Shown: positions 18,498-29,330, numbered from the stretch's first letter. The stretch: DNA of 64,000 bases from Candidatus Zhuqueibacterota bacterium (GCA_016927835.1 JAFGMA010000086.1:1061-65060); one strand, 5' to 3'. Program-made: numbers and translations. The notes: generated by a model not told the origin, from the letters alone.

Positions 18498-20876
18498 ATG
18501 CGAAAGCTTCGAAATGCGATCTCATTATTGGTGCTGCTGTTCATATTTTTGCCACCGGCACATCTCTTTTGCCGAATAAAATCCTCAGAAACGAATTCGA
18601 TAATTGAAGTCGATTTTTTGCAGCAATCGGGTTTGCAAGCAAATGCGCTGGCACCCCATGTCGTCCGGGTGGATCCTGTTAGAAATCGGGTGATAGCGGC
18701 TTGCACGAATTCCAGTGCGCTCGCAGTCTATGAATCAAACACAGATCAGGTAAAAGCGATCCCCATTGGTTCGCGAATGCCCCGGAGATTGCATTTTCTC
18801 GGCGTGACTGTCGATTCGAAAAGCGGATGGATTTATCTTGCCGGCGAGGAAAAATTAATCGGTGTTAATCCGGATAAAGCTCAATATCAAGTCACCGCCT
18901 TACCGGCTGATTTTGAAACGGTGGCAGTTGATGCCAGAAACGGAGCGGCATTCTTAGTGGGCAGAACAACCGGTGAACTGGCAATAGTGATCCCCGGCGC
19001 CCGGCAACCAGAATTGCTCTCGTGGGGTGATCCTGCGGAATCATTGCCCTGGGCGGCTGCCTCACCACCGCCGCCGGTTCGGAATATCGTCGTGGATGCT
19101 GCTTTGAACAAGGTTTTTATTGTCGACGGAACGGTTCCACAACTCATCAGCGTCGATCTCGAGGCGAGGAGCATTTCCGGAAAGCGAAGGCTGCCGCTCG
19201 AAAATTTTCCTCGTTGGCACTTTGCCGGCTTCGACACTGTAAATCATTGGCTTTATTTCGCGCTTGAAGATGCCGCGCGCAACGCCAGGCAGGCGCTGCG
19301 GATCGATTTGAAGGATTCAAATGATGTCCTTGTAGATTTGCCGCCGGGAAGCCGAGAACCGGTTGGCGTAAGCTGTTCCATCAAGCGCCAGGAAATTTAC
19401 ATCCCGTATGACAATCATAAGCATTTGCATCGCGTGCATTTTTCGCCATCGATCCAGGTTGATTCAATCGCGACACCGGCATTCGGCATGGATGCATCCG
19501 CAATTGATGCTGCCAACGACCTGCTCTACGTGACGAGTTGGCATACAGCGGAGCTATACATCATCGATCTCGCTACAGGTAAGATTATACGAACCATACC
19601 CGATTTTCCGATTTATCCGCATACAAATCACTTTGTGTATAATCCGGCTGACGGCAGGCTGTATATCCCAACCGGCGCCGCAGTCGTAAACGGCACATTC
19701 GGCGCATCCCTCACCGTATTCGATTCGAATCAAAATGAATTTTCCGTAATTCTGACCGGCTGGGGTCCGGTGAGTTTGATTCAAAAGCCGAATTCAGATA
19801 CATTTTACGTGTTCAGCTCGGACCGACAATTTGCCGAGGTGACGCCCGATGGAAAATTGAGATCTCATTGGTTGCCGTATCCCTATGCCCATGATGCCGT
19901 CCATTCGCACGATAAGCAGCAGGTTTATGTTGCGTACGGACCCCATTCCTCTATGTATCCATCTATTTATATCGCCTCCACGCGCAACGGCATTTTTTCT
20001 TTGGGTGAAAATCCGCTGAAGGTAAAAGACAGGCTGACCGATCGATTGGCGCAGGGTATTTGCGTTGATCCGTTGGGGCAGCTCTGGGCGCTGCAAAACA
20101 CCTGGGGCACGGAACACCCGTTCATCTCGGTATTTCCGCCGGGACAAAACAAGTGGCAGCGCGTGTTTTTTCCTGAAAAGGTCGATAATGAATGTATTTT
20201 CCGGCTTCTCGCATGCGATCCCATCGCCGCACGGGTTTATGTAGGGCGCGTTGGGGATCGAGCCGATGAGCCGGGAATGCTGCATGCGATTGATATCAAA
20301 ACGCATCAAATTGTACAGAGCCTTCCGCTGGGCATCACTCCAACGGATATTTGCGTCCTGCCTGAGAAAAACAAGATCGCGGTTACCAATTTCGACAGCG
20401 ATTCAGTCACAATTATAAATGGCGAGTCGTTTCAAATCGAAATGAAGCCGGCAGGACGGAAGCCAATCGCGGTTGCAGCACATCGCAGATCCGGCGAAAT
20501 TTATGTTGTGTCCCATCTCGATAATGGGCTGGTAATTTTCGGAAAACGGGAAAAACGGATAAAATTGCCCGGAACCGGCTTACCCAATAATATCTTTGTC
20601 GATGAGCTGCGACACAAAGTGTATATTACGACGCATGATCCGGCACGGTTTTGTATTTTGAAATATGAACCGGATAATGAGCGCATCCAGCGTATTTTCG
20701 AATATGATTACCCGTATGGGGAAGTGACGTTCGATCAAAGCAATTCCGCTTTTGCTGAGCGCGCGCAATGGGGGGATGCCATTTTCCGCCTGACATCGAT
20801 GGCAATGGATGATCAGAGGCGCTTGTGGGTCACCGATTACCTCGCGGGGAAATTGTGGATTATTACCGCGGATTGA
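18498..20876 (+). CDS. secreted beta-propeller repeat protein (YncE/YVTN-like), function unknown
   Basis: A GGAGGAGG RBS precedes the ATG at 18498 (MRKLRNAISLLVLLFIF signal). Repeated ..YV(T/A)...D..+.VID-type propeller blades run through the protein. The track start at 18426 has no RBS. Confidence 0.72.
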   Translation: MRKLRNAISLLVLLFIFLPPAHLFCRIKSSETNSIIEVDFLQQSGLQANALAPHVVRVDPVRNRVIAACTNSSALAVYESNTDQVKAIPIGSRMPRRLHFLGVTVDSKSGWIYLAGEEKLIGVNPDKAQYQVTALPADFETVAVDARNGAAFLVGRTTGELAIVIPGARQPELLSWGDPAESLPWAAASPPPPVRNIVVDAALNKVFIVDGTVPQLISVDLEARSISGKRRLPLENFPRWHFAGFDTVNHWLYFALEDAARNARQALRIDLKDSNDVLVDLPPGSREPVGVSCSIKRQEIYIPYDNHKHLHRVHFSPSIQVDSIATPAFGMDASAIDAANDLLYVTSWHTAELYIIDLATGKIIRTIPDFPIYPHTNHFVYNPADGRLYIPTGAAVVNGTFGASLTVFDSNQNEFSVILTGWGPVSLIQKPNSDTFYVFSSDRQFAEVTPDGKLRSHWLPYPYAHDAVHSHDKQQVYVAYGPHSSMYPSIYIASTRNGIFSLGENPLKVKDRLTDRLAQGICVDPLGQLWALQNTWGTEHPFISVFPPGQNKWQRVFFPEKVDNECIFRLLACDPIAARVYVGRVGDRADEPGMLHAIDIKTHQIVQSLPLGITPTDICVLPEKNKIAVTNFDSDSVTIINGESFQIEMKPAGRKPIAVAAHRRSGEIYVVSHLDNGLVIFGKREKRIKLPGTGLPNNIFVDELRHKVYITTHDPARFCILKYEPDNERIQRIFEYDYPYGEVTFDQSNSAFAERAQWGDAIFRLTSMAMDDQRRLWVTDYLAGKLWIITAD

Positions 20877-20971
20877 TTTGCGTGGTGGTTGCATCCTCGG
20901 ATTTTGATAAAATTACAGGCATATACGACTGGGTGGATGAGTATGAGTTTTATATTGTTTAAAGGTGCATC

Positions 20972-21586
20972 GTGCTAATTGTGGGACTCACCGGCGGTAT
21001 CGGGACCGGTAAATCCGTCGTTTCCGGATTTCTGAAAGAGCTTGGTGCCGAAATTGCAAATGCTGATAAAATCGCCAATGACATCACAGATTGCGATGAA
21101 TCGGTGATTGCGGACATAAAACGAACATTTGGCGAAAATACGTATACCCATGAAGGGCGACTGGATAGAAAGACCCTGGGTGAGATTGTATTTGCCAGTG
21201 AGTCGGCGCGAATGGCATTGAACCGGATTGTTCACCCTGTCCTGATACAGACATTGGAGCAAAAAGTCGAACAGGTGCGATCTGACAGCACGCCCGGGCT
21301 GCTTATTGTTGAAGCAGCGCTGCTGTACGAAATGCGAATCGAACGGCTTTTCGACTTGATCATCGTAATTATTTCCCCTGTTGAACTGGTTATAAAAAGG
21401 CTGGCGAAACGCGACGGCTTAACTCGCGATGCCATTGTCAATCGAATTCGTTCGCAACTGCCGCAGGAACAAAAACAAATGCGGGCGGATTTCGTCATCC
21501 GAAATGATCTTGATTTGAACCATTTAAAATCGCAAGTGACGCGTTTATACCGACGGCTGATTTCAGATGCAAGAGCACTTCATTAA
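20972..21586 (+). CDS. coaE: dephospho-CoA kinase
   Basis: The GTG start is preceded by AAGGTG. The P-loop is VGLTGGIGTGKS, with RIVHPVL and a CoaE-sized 204 aa. Confidence 0.9.
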   Translation: MLIVGLTGGIGTGKSVVSGFLKELGAEIANADKIANDITDCDESVIADIKRTFGENTYTHEGRLDRKTLGEIVFASESARMALNRIVHPVLIQTLEQKVEQVRSDSTPGLLIVEAALLYEMRIERLFDLIIVIISPVELVIKRLAKRDGLTRDAIVNRIRSQLPQEQKQMRADFVIRNDLDLNHLKSQVTRLYRRLISDARALH

Positions 21587-21613
21587 CAATAGCCGATAGC
21601 GTTTATCGACGCA

Positions 21614-21637
21614 TCCCAAAAAGGCGGAGTTTTGGGA
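21614..21637 (+). repeat. isolated core hairpin of Family-1 repeat
   Basis: TCCCAAAA-aggcGGAG-TTTTGGGA has the same stem and GGAG loop as the inner hairpin of Family-1, without the flanks. It lies 28 nt after the coaE stop. Confidence 0.4.
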
Positions 21638-21759
21638 CAAATTCCAAATCATTTTTTCGCTTCTTGACTACGCACGTGACATCCTGAGCGCTTTCTTTCA
21701 TCCTTAATGATGCGAAATCCTGAGAATTTTCTCGACCTGAGTGAAACCTCGTTCGAATT

Positions 21760-24177
21760 ATGCCTGGAACGCAGTTGCATTACATAATCAAACGTCCCGC
21801 AGTGAAAATCCTGCTGCTATTCATCGCCGGACTCCTTCCGGGGTATTATGTTGAAATACCCATTTTGCCGCTAGTGATTACATTCTGTTTTTTATGTATG
21901 TTAAGCGTTGTGTTTTTCAAGTATGGCAATACGCTTCCGCTGGTGACACAGATCCTGTTTTGCCTGACGGTGCTGTTGGCAGGAGCGACGTACTTCGAAG
22001 GGCGGTCCCATCCGCAGGATAAAAGCCATATTTTAAACTGCCGAGATGCGCTGCCGGAAAAGGCAGAATTTTCAGGAATCGTCTGCGAAGCCCCGGTTCA
22101 ATCGGGAGAGAAACACTCAATCATAATTCAACTAAAGTCAATTCGGCTTGACGAAAAGGCATATAAGCTTTCCGGTCGAATCATCGTTTATCTTCAGAAA
22201 ATTACGACTAAGATTAGCTATGGCGATTCGATTCGCTTCAGGGGCAGGCTGCAGTTTCCGCGCGGAGAAAGAAATCCGGGAGGATTTGATTATCGAAAAT
22301 ATTTGCACGCTGCCGGTATCCATGCAATCGTTTACGTCCGAGAAAACGAGAATTTGGAGGTAGTAAATGGTGGGCACGTAAACTGGGTGTTTGCCCGTGT
22401 AGTTTATCCTGTCAAATCATATATTTCCGACATAATCGATACGTTTGGGAATCCGAAAGCAGCCGACTTTCTGAAAGGCTTCATACTCGGGGAGCGCCAA
22501 CATCTTGATGATTCCATTATCGACGCACTCTCAAAAACCGGCGTCAGTCATATCCTTGCTGTTTCAGGATTGCATGTCGGATTTATCCTGCTGATTTTTT
22601 GGGCGATTTTCAATTTGCTGCGTCTGCCTAGGGTGCTCATTTCGATATTCGTAATCATCGCTTTGATTCTATATGCGGGTGTGACTGATTTGAAGCCCCC
22701 GGTTGTCAGAGCCACGATTATGGCGTGCATTTTTATAATCAGTCCATTGGTGCAAAAGAAAAGCGATCACCTCAATACCCTGGCATTCGCTGCGCTATCT
22801 ATCCTGATATTCAATCCTGCTGAATTATTTGAACCGGGATTCCAGCTTTCTTTCATGGCGGTATTTTCAATACTCTATTTTTACCCGATTTTCATCGACC
22901 GCATAAATTCGGTGCGATGCTTTGCGCGAATCTATGCGCTGCCGATATTGAAAGGCATTATCAATCTCTTGCTGCTATCAGTGAGTGTCCAGATTGGAAC
23001 GCTTCCGTTGACGATGTATTATTTCGGAATATTTCCCACGTATGCCATTTTCTTGAATATAATCATCATACCACTGGTCGGAATTATCCTGGCGCTGGCG
23101 GCTGCAACATTCATTTTTCATAACATACATGGCGCGTTGGCTGAACGATACCAGGTGGTGGCAAGTTTCATGGTTAACCGTTTGCTCGAGTTCATCGAAT
23201 GGATTGAGAGCATGCCGGGAGCATGGTTCCGTGTCCCACAGCCTGAGGTTTGGTTGCTCATAACCGGTTATATCGTAATCTTTACTCTCGTGCGCCTGAA
23301 TTTCAGACAAGTCATAAGGTTTGGGATCATCATAAGCCTGGCAGTCCTGAATTTCATTCTTTGGCGATCTGTTTTGGAGACGACGTCGCCGCTCGAAGTC
23401 ATTTATTTCGATGTCGGGCAGGGTGATGCCGCTCTGGTGAGTTTTCCCAGTGGCAAGCGTTTGTTGATCGATACCGGACCGACGAACGAGCAATTCGACA
23501 CCGGCGAGAGAATCATCGGTTCTTATTTGACTCGTCAGGGGATTGACCGCATCGAATATCTCGCGATCAGCCATGAACATGCCGATCACCTGGGCGGCGC
23601 CATCTATCTGCTCCGGCATTTTCAAATCGGTGAAGTTTTTGACTATGGTTTTGGCGCGGAACCCGAACTTTGCCGACTGTATCAGCATATAATTGATAGC
23701 TTGAAGATTCCGCGAAATGTGATTCATGCCGGGAATTGCCTGAGGATTTCGCCGAAATGTGATATTCTGATCTTCCATCCGTCGGGGGAATATTTAAATC
23801 GAGAAAATAATGCGAAAGACTCGGAAAACAACAATTCCCTGGTAATGCGGATTTTATACGGGCAAACCAGCTTTCTATTCACCGGTGATATTGAAGCGGA
23901 AGCCGAAAGCTATCTGAAGTCTTTCGGGCAATTGCTGAAGAGCGAGGTTCTCAAAGTGCCACATCACGGAAGTGCTTCCTCCAGTACAATCGAATTTCTG
24001 AGATGCGTCAGTCCGGAGTATGCTATCGTCTCTGCGGGCGAATTCAACCGCTTTGACCATCCCTCGCCTTCAACGCTGGAGCGCTACCGACGCTGGAATA
24101 TACAAGTAATTCAGACTTCTCGCAACGGTGCGGTGATATTTGAATCAAACGGGAAGCAAATTAAAAGAATTCGTTAA
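21760..24177 (+). CDS. comEC: DNA internalization competence protein ComEC/Rec2
   Basis: 805 aa. It has an N-terminal OB/DUF4131-like part, a polytopic competence domain (VSHILAVSGLHVG) and a C-terminal metallo-beta-lactamase domain (ISHEHADHLGG..HHGS). Confidence 0.9.
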   Translation: MPGTQLHYIIKRPAVKILLLFIAGLLPGYYVEIPILPLVITFCFLCMLSVVFFKYGNTLPLVTQILFCLTVLLAGATYFEGRSHPQDKSHILNCRDALPEKAEFSGIVCEAPVQSGEKHSIIIQLKSIRLDEKAYKLSGRIIVYLQKITTKISYGDSIRFRGRLQFPRGERNPGGFDYRKYLHAAGIHAIVYVRENENLEVVNGGHVNWVFARVVYPVKSYISDIIDTFGNPKAADFLKGFILGERQHLDDSIIDALSKTGVSHILAVSGLHVGFILLIFWAIFNLLRLPRVLISIFVIIALILYAGVTDLKPPVVRATIMACIFIISPLVQKKSDHLNTLAFAALSILIFNPAELFEPGFQLSFMAVFSILYFYPIFIDRINSVRCFARIYALPILKGIINLLLLSVSVQIGTLPLTMYYFGIFPTYAIFLNIIIIPLVGIILALAAATFIFHNIHGALAERYQVVASFMVNRLLEFIEWIESMPGAWFRVPQPEVWLLITGYIVIFTLVRLNFRQVIRFGIIISLAVLNFILWRSVLETTSPLEVIYFDVGQGDAALVSFPSGKRLLIDTGPTNEQFDTGERIIGSYLTRQGIDRIEYLAISHEHADHLGGAIYLLRHFQIGEVFDYGFGAEPELCRLYQHIIDSLKIPRNVIHAGNCLRISPKCDILIFHPSGEYLNRENNAKDSENNNSLVMRILYGQTSFLFTGDIEAEAESYLKSFGQLLKSEVLKVPHHGSASSSTIEFLRCVSPEYAIVSAGEFNRFDHPSPSTLERYRRWNIQVIQTSRNGAVIFESNGKQIKRIR

Positions 24178-24192
24178 TCAGGAGCGATATCG

Positions 24193-25611
24193 ATGCGCAA
24201 AACAAAAATAATCTGCACAATCGGACCGGCGACCGCCACCGACCAAAGGATTACAGAACTCATTAATAACGGCATGAATGTTGCTAGATTGAATTTTTCG
24301 CACGGCGACCATGAGCAGCATGCCCGGATGATACAGAAAATTCGCTTGATTTCAGAACAACTCGATCAACCGGTGGGCATTCTTCAGGATTTGCAGGGAC
24401 CCAAAATTAGAATTGGTAAAATCGCCGAAAATGCTGTCAAGCTGATCCCGGGCTTCGTGATCTCAATTACCATGAAGCCCATCAGCGGAACATCCGAAAG
24501 AATATCCACAACATATACAAATTTAGTGAATGATGTACAGCCTGGCGATACGTTGCTTCTCGATGACGGGTTGCTCAAACTGAAGGCACTTTCAAAAACT
24601 GACGACGAAATCAAGTGCCAGGTGATCGAAGGCGGTGTGTTGAGCTCGAACAAAGGGATTAATTTGCCGGGTATAAAAATCAGTGAACCATCGCTGACTG
24701 AAAAGGACAAAATCGACCTGAAGTTCGGGATTGCGCACGATGTGGATTTCATCGCGCTTTCTTTTGTGCGCAATTCGAATGATATTTCCAAGGTGAAAGC
24801 GCTCATTCGGGACGCAGGAAAGGAAATCCCGGTGATCGCGAAGCTGGAAAAACCTGAAGCCATCGCCGATCTCGATGCGATTCTGCAAACAGCCGATATT
24901 GCCATGATTGCGCGGGGCGATCTGGGGGTAGAAATGCCGCTTGAACAGGTGCCTTCGATTCAAAAGCGAATTATACAACAGTGTCAGGCGTTTGGTGTCC
25001 CGGTCATTACGGCAACGCAAATGCTGGAATCGATGCGTGAGAATCCTCGTCCCACGCGCGCGGAGGTATCGGATGTGGCAAATGCGATCTATGATGGCAC
25101 CGACGCGGTTATGCTGTCAGCAGAAACCGCAACAGGAGCATATCCGATTGAAGCTGTGCAAATGCTATCCCGAATTTGCGAAGTCGCTGAACAAAATTAC
25201 CGCCAATGCGAATCAGCGGATATTTTGCATGATTACCGCGAAACATTAGCGATTGCCGATGCCACTGCCAGCTCAGCCTGTCATGCGGCTCTGGAACTGA
25301 ATGCCAGGGCAATTGTTGCATTCACCCAGTCCGGTTTTACTGCGCGCGTCATTTCCAAATATCATCCGCGAACCGCGATCATTGCATTTACACCATACAT
25401 TGAAACGCAGCGTCAAATGAGCCTGTTTTATGGCGTCAATCCGCTGCGAATGCAAGTCATTGAAAATACGGACCAGGTAATCGCTCAGGTCGATCGGATC
25501 CTGTTGGAGAAAAAGCTTGCCCAAAAAGGGGATGTTATCGTGATCACCCTCGGTGCCCCGGTTTATACGCGCGGAACAACGAATTTAATGAAATTACATC
25601 AAATTATCTGA
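24193..25611 (+). CDS. pyk: pyruvate kinase
   Basis: MRKTKIICTIGPA..NVARLNFSHG..MIARGDLGVEMP..ATQMLESM are canonical PK motifs. An AGGAG RBS is present. Confidence 0.95.
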   Translation: MRKTKIICTIGPATATDQRITELINNGMNVARLNFSHGDHEQHARMIQKIRLISEQLDQPVGILQDLQGPKIRIGKIAENAVKLIPGFVISITMKPISGTSERISTTYTNLVNDVQPGDTLLLDDGLLKLKALSKTDDEIKCQVIEGGVLSSNKGINLPGIKISEPSLTEKDKIDLKFGIAHDVDFIALSFVRNSNDISKVKALIRDAGKEIPVIAKLEKPEAIADLDAILQTADIAMIARGDLGVEMPLEQVPSIQKRIIQQCQAFGVPVITATQMLESMRENPRPTRAEVSDVANAIYDGTDAVMLSAETATGAYPIEAVQMLSRICEVAEQNYRQCESADILHDYRETLAIADATASSACHAALELNARAIVAFTQSGFTARVISKYHPRTAIIAFTPYIETQRQMSLFYGVNPLRMQVIENTDQVIAQVDRILLEKKLAQKGDVIVITLGAPVYTRGTTNLMKLHQII

Positions 25612-25640
25612 TAACGAACACAAGCTTTAGGATTAAGCCC

Positions 25641-27341
25641 ATGAAGTACTTCAGCCTTCTTATAGTTCTGTTGATGTCACTTGTTACGAGTGAGATGCGC
25701 GCAAATGATCGCCTTACCCTCACAATCGTCGATGATTGCACGAAATTAAAGCGCGATGAAAAGCCGCCGCTTCAACCGTTCATCTGGGATCCTGCTACAA
25801 AAAAAATTACACTTTTCGGTGCCAGAAATGAAGTTATCGCGTTCCAACTCATTTTATCTGCTTCGAAAGAAGCCGTACGTCGCGTAATGGTATCCGCGTC
25901 CGGACTTCAGGGGCAGTCCGCGCTGATTCCATCCGGAAATATTCATTTCTTTCGGCACTGGTATCTTCACGTTACCGAGCCGAGTAGTGTCATGTATGGC
26001 AATCCTTCAAGCATGGGCACCGGCTGGTATCCCGATCCTTTGCCACCCTTCAACGCCCGCGATGATGCAGGTGCGCCGTTCAATGTGCAGCCCGGGATTC
26101 ATCAAAGCGTTTGGGTGGATATTTATATCCCGGCTTATGCAAAATCAGGGAAATATAGCGGCGTATTAAAAATATACGGTGAAAATTTTCGAACCGAAAA
26201 GCTGTCGATTGAGCTGACGGTGTGGGATTTTGCGCTGCCTGATACCACACACATGAAAACATTCTTTTATTTCGGACCTGAACAAGTACGAGCGGCGCAT
26301 AACATTCCAAAAGAATCAGCAGATGAAACCGAGCTTATCGCCAAATACATGCGGATGGCACACCAGCATCGCATAAACCTGGTCACCGATGCCGGCGATG
26401 GACTTGAGTGGGCACATTTCGATAATGCCTGGGGTCCGTACCTTGATGGGAGCGCCTTCATCGAAGGTCCGGGCAAAGGTGTTGGGTGTCATCTCTGGTC
26501 CATCAATATCAGCATTTGGGGTGGGGAAGACTTGTTTCAAAAAACAGCGCGTAGTGTGATGGAGCATTTCATTAATAAAGGCTGGTTCAACGTTCCCTTT
26601 TTATACGTCATCGATGAACCGGATGAAGACAGGTATGAGGAAGTGCGGAAAATTGGAGCTTGGCTTGATAACACGACTTATCCCGGCAATATTTTGCCCT
26701 TTATGCTCACTGAACACATTGTACCGGACTTAACGGGATATGTCGATATCTGGAACTCCAGCCGCATAAAGCTGGTCGATGCCCAAAAACGGCGTTTCGC
26801 CGGCGACCGTATATGGACGTATAACGGCGGGCTCCCCGGCTCTGGAAGCCAGTGCATCGATCATGATGGATTGGCAATGCGAACCTGGTCCTGGATCGCC
26901 TGGAAAACGAGGCGCGAAGCTTGGCATTATTGGGACTGCTGCTATTTCATGGATAAATATAACAATCACGGCGAAACCGATACCTGGGAAAATCCCCTTA
27001 CTTATGATCAACGCCCAAAACATGATGCTGATTGGGGGAATGGTGATGGCACGTTGTTTTATCCCGGGCAACAATGGGCGTTCCATCGCGATTTTGTCGC
27101 TGGTCCGGTCAGCTCTTTCCGAATGAAAGCGTTGCGCCGCGGTTTGCAGGATTATGAATATCTGTGGCTGGCAAAGCAAAAAGGCTGCACCGCGGAAGTG
27201 GAAAAAATCGTGAACGCTGTTATCCCCAATCCCGCGCTGGGCGATGCCATTGAAGGCACAGTCTGTTATCTCAGGGGAGAAGGAGCATCCGCCGTCTGGC
27301 ATGATGCGCGAATACGGCTGGCGCAATTGATATTAAAATAA
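25641..27341 (+). CDS. secreted DUF4091-like (glycoside-hydrolase-like) protein
   Basis: It has a signal peptide. The C-terminal GDGTLFYPG...RMKALRRGLQDYEYL pattern is as remembered for DUF4091. Confidence 0.7.
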   Translation: MKYFSLLIVLLMSLVTSEMRANDRLTLTIVDDCTKLKRDEKPPLQPFIWDPATKKITLFGARNEVIAFQLILSASKEAVRRVMVSASGLQGQSALIPSGNIHFFRHWYLHVTEPSSVMYGNPSSMGTGWYPDPLPPFNARDDAGAPFNVQPGIHQSVWVDIYIPAYAKSGKYSGVLKIYGENFRTEKLSIELTVWDFALPDTTHMKTFFYFGPEQVRAAHNIPKESADETELIAKYMRMAHQHRINLVTDAGDGLEWAHFDNAWGPYLDGSAFIEGPGKGVGCHLWSINISIWGGEDLFQKTARSVMEHFINKGWFNVPFLYVIDEPDEDRYEEVRKIGAWLDNTTYPGNILPFMLTEHIVPDLTGYVDIWNSSRIKLVDAQKRRFAGDRIWTYNGGLPGSGSQCIDHDGLAMRTWSWIAWKTRREAWHYWDCCYFMDKYNNHGETDTWENPLTYDQRPKHDADWGNGDGTLFYPGQQWAFHRDFVAGPVSSFRMKALRRGLQDYEYLWLAKQKGCTAEVEKIVNAVIPNPALGDAIEGTVCYLRGEGASAVWHDARIRLAQLILK

Positions 27342-27394
27342 TCAGGGCAGTCGCACCTGGCGGATTCAATCGAAAGCGGCAAGGCTCTTTGGGT

Positions 27395-27446
27395 AAAAAA
27401 AAGTGCCGACCGTGAATATGTGGAGGAGGATATTCAGGTCGGCACT
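27395..27446 (-). terminator. strong orphan hairpin reading as an intrinsic terminator on the minus strand
   Basis: AGTGCCGACC-g-TGAATAT [GTGGAGGAGG] ATATTCA-GGTCGGCACT (10+7 bp) is preceded on the + strand by A8, which is T8 after the hairpin on the minus strand. No minus-strand gene lies nearby. Confidence 0.45.
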
Positions 27447-27583
27447 ATGGCGCTCTTTTAAATGTTATAAATTCGCTTCAAGAACTTTCGGAATTTAATT
27501 TAGTGTAAGTATAAACAGAATCAGGGCGCCAGGGCTTGCGCCATATCACATTTCAGTAACATTTTCCGCCATTTATCAAATCG

Positions 27584-29257
27584 ATGAAAATTTTACTCAT
27601 CAATCCTCCGATTGAAGATTTTTATCAAACGAAAATAAGGCAGGAACCGCTCGGGCTGAGTTATATTTCCGCTGTTCTCAGGCGCGAACATAAAAATGTA
27701 ACGCTGCTTGATGCGATGGATAACGCATCCCATCAAACAATTGAGTGCCCGGATGAACTGAAATATTTAAAATCCTTTTACCCTTCGGAAGACATCAGTC
27801 CCTTCAAATTATTCACCCGATTTCAGCATTTTGGATTACCATATCAAACGATTGCCCGGCTTATCAAAACCTGTGCGCCGGATATTATCGGAATCTCTGC
27901 AAATTTTTCACCCTATGTTAAGTCCTCTTTGAAAATCGCTCAAATTGCCAGGCAATTATTTCCTGATGTGACTATCGTACTCGGCGGACATCATGTTTCG
28001 GCTGTGCCGTCCGATCTCGATGAAATGCCGGAAGTTGATTTCATTGTTATCGGCGAAGGCGAATACACGTTCTTGAACCTCATCGAAAATCTATCCGAAA
28101 GGCGCCCTGAGAAATTAAAGCGAATAAAGGGGATCGCTTTCCGGGACAACGGGAAAATACGGATAAATCCACCTGCCGATTACGTCGATCCGCTGGATGC
28201 ATTACCTTATCCCGACCGCCTGACTCAGGAAAAAAGCAAGATGATACTCACCTCGCGCGGTTGCCCAAAAAATTGCCAATTTTGTTCGGTGCGGCATGTC
28301 ATGGGGCGGCGCGTCAGGCTCCGGGAAATTACCGCAATCATTGAGGAAATTAACTATTGGGTACACAGTGGGGTGAGCCATTTCGATTTCGAGGATGATA
28401 ATCTTTTGTTTTATCCGGATCGCGCCAGGCTACTTTTCAAAGAGATAATAAATCAGGTTGATATCAGAAAGCTCAGCTTTTCAGCACTGAACGGCTTAGA
28501 CGCAGAGGCATTGGATCAGGAACTGCTTCATTTGATGAAACAAATGCATTTCACGTGGCTCAATCTGCCACTTGTGAGCGGTCATCCGGAAATGCAGGCA
28601 CAAATTAACAGAAACCAATCCCGAACAAATTTTTTAGAAGTTGTTGAAGCTGCGAATCGCACCGGCTTGAAGGTCGTTGCCTATCTCATTCTCGGGCTTC
28701 CCGCAGATTCGATTGACAGCATGCTTGCGGATATCTTGTTGCTGGCGGAAAAGCAGGTGCTCATCGGTCCCAGTATTTTTTATCCGCCCCCGGGATCCCC
28801 AATTTATCGTACCTGCCTCGAAAAGGGACTCATTCGACCGCGCCAGTACGTGACGTTAAGATCTTCTGCAATCCCCGTCGAAACCGACCGCTTTTCCAGA
28901 ACAGATATCGTCACGCTTTTCCGGCTGGTGCGGATTATCAATTATATCAAGCTCCTCCTCGATAAATCCGACCAACAACATTTTCGAGCCGAAGATTTTT
29001 TGAAGTCCCGGTGTCAACCTGATTTGTTTTATTCGAAAAGCAAATTATCCGCGGAAGAATTAGGATTGATCCTTTTAAACGATCTCATTATAAATAAGCA
29101 ACTGAAGGGGATACGTTTTTCAGGCAAGCGAAAACAGGGATTTTGCTATCAAAGATTTGAATATGATGTTTCATCTTTGCTGGTGGAGAAATTTATGGAA
29201 AATTTAAAAGGGAGGCGCATCGTGGGTGTTGAGACGGACCACAGCGTTGAATTTTAA
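27584..29257 (+). CDS. B12-binding-domain radical SAM protein (class B)
   Basis: It has an N-terminal Rossmann-like B12-binding region (KILLINPP..LGLSYISAVL..IIGIS..VLGGHH), then the canonical CX3CX2C motif in SRGCPKNCQFCS. 557 aa. Confidence 0.85.
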   Translation: MKILLINPPIEDFYQTKIRQEPLGLSYISAVLRREHKNVTLLDAMDNASHQTIECPDELKYLKSFYPSEDISPFKLFTRFQHFGLPYQTIARLIKTCAPDIIGISANFSPYVKSSLKIAQIARQLFPDVTIVLGGHHVSAVPSDLDEMPEVDFIVIGEGEYTFLNLIENLSERRPEKLKRIKGIAFRDNGKIRINPPADYVDPLDALPYPDRLTQEKSKMILTSRGCPKNCQFCSVRHVMGRRVRLREITAIIEEINYWVHSGVSHFDFEDDNLLFYPDRARLLFKEIINQVDIRKLSFSALNGLDAEALDQELLHLMKQMHFTWLNLPLVSGHPEMQAQINRNQSRTNFLEVVEAANRTGLKVVAYLILGLPADSIDSMLADILLLAEKQVLIGPSIFYPPPGSPIYRTCLEKGLIRPRQYVTLRSSAIPVETDRFSRTDIVTLFRLVRIINYIKLLLDKSDQQHFRAEDFLKSRCQPDLFYSKSKLSAEELGLILLNDLIINKQLKGIRFSGKRKQGFCYQRFEYDVSSLLVEKFMENLKGRRIVGVETDHSVEF

Positions 29258-29301
29258 TCCATTCAATCGCCGCCTGAAAATGAGTCCCAACATGAAAAAG
29301 A

Positions 29302-29330
29302 TTGACATCAGGCGATGTTTTTCTTATATT
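29302..29330 (+). promoter_or_regulatory. near-consensus sigma70-type promoter (TTGACA-17-TATATT) for the S9 peptidase
   Basis: TTGACA at 29302-29307, a 17-nt spacer and TATATT at 29325-29330. It lies ~58 nt before the ATG at 29388. Confidence 0.5.
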
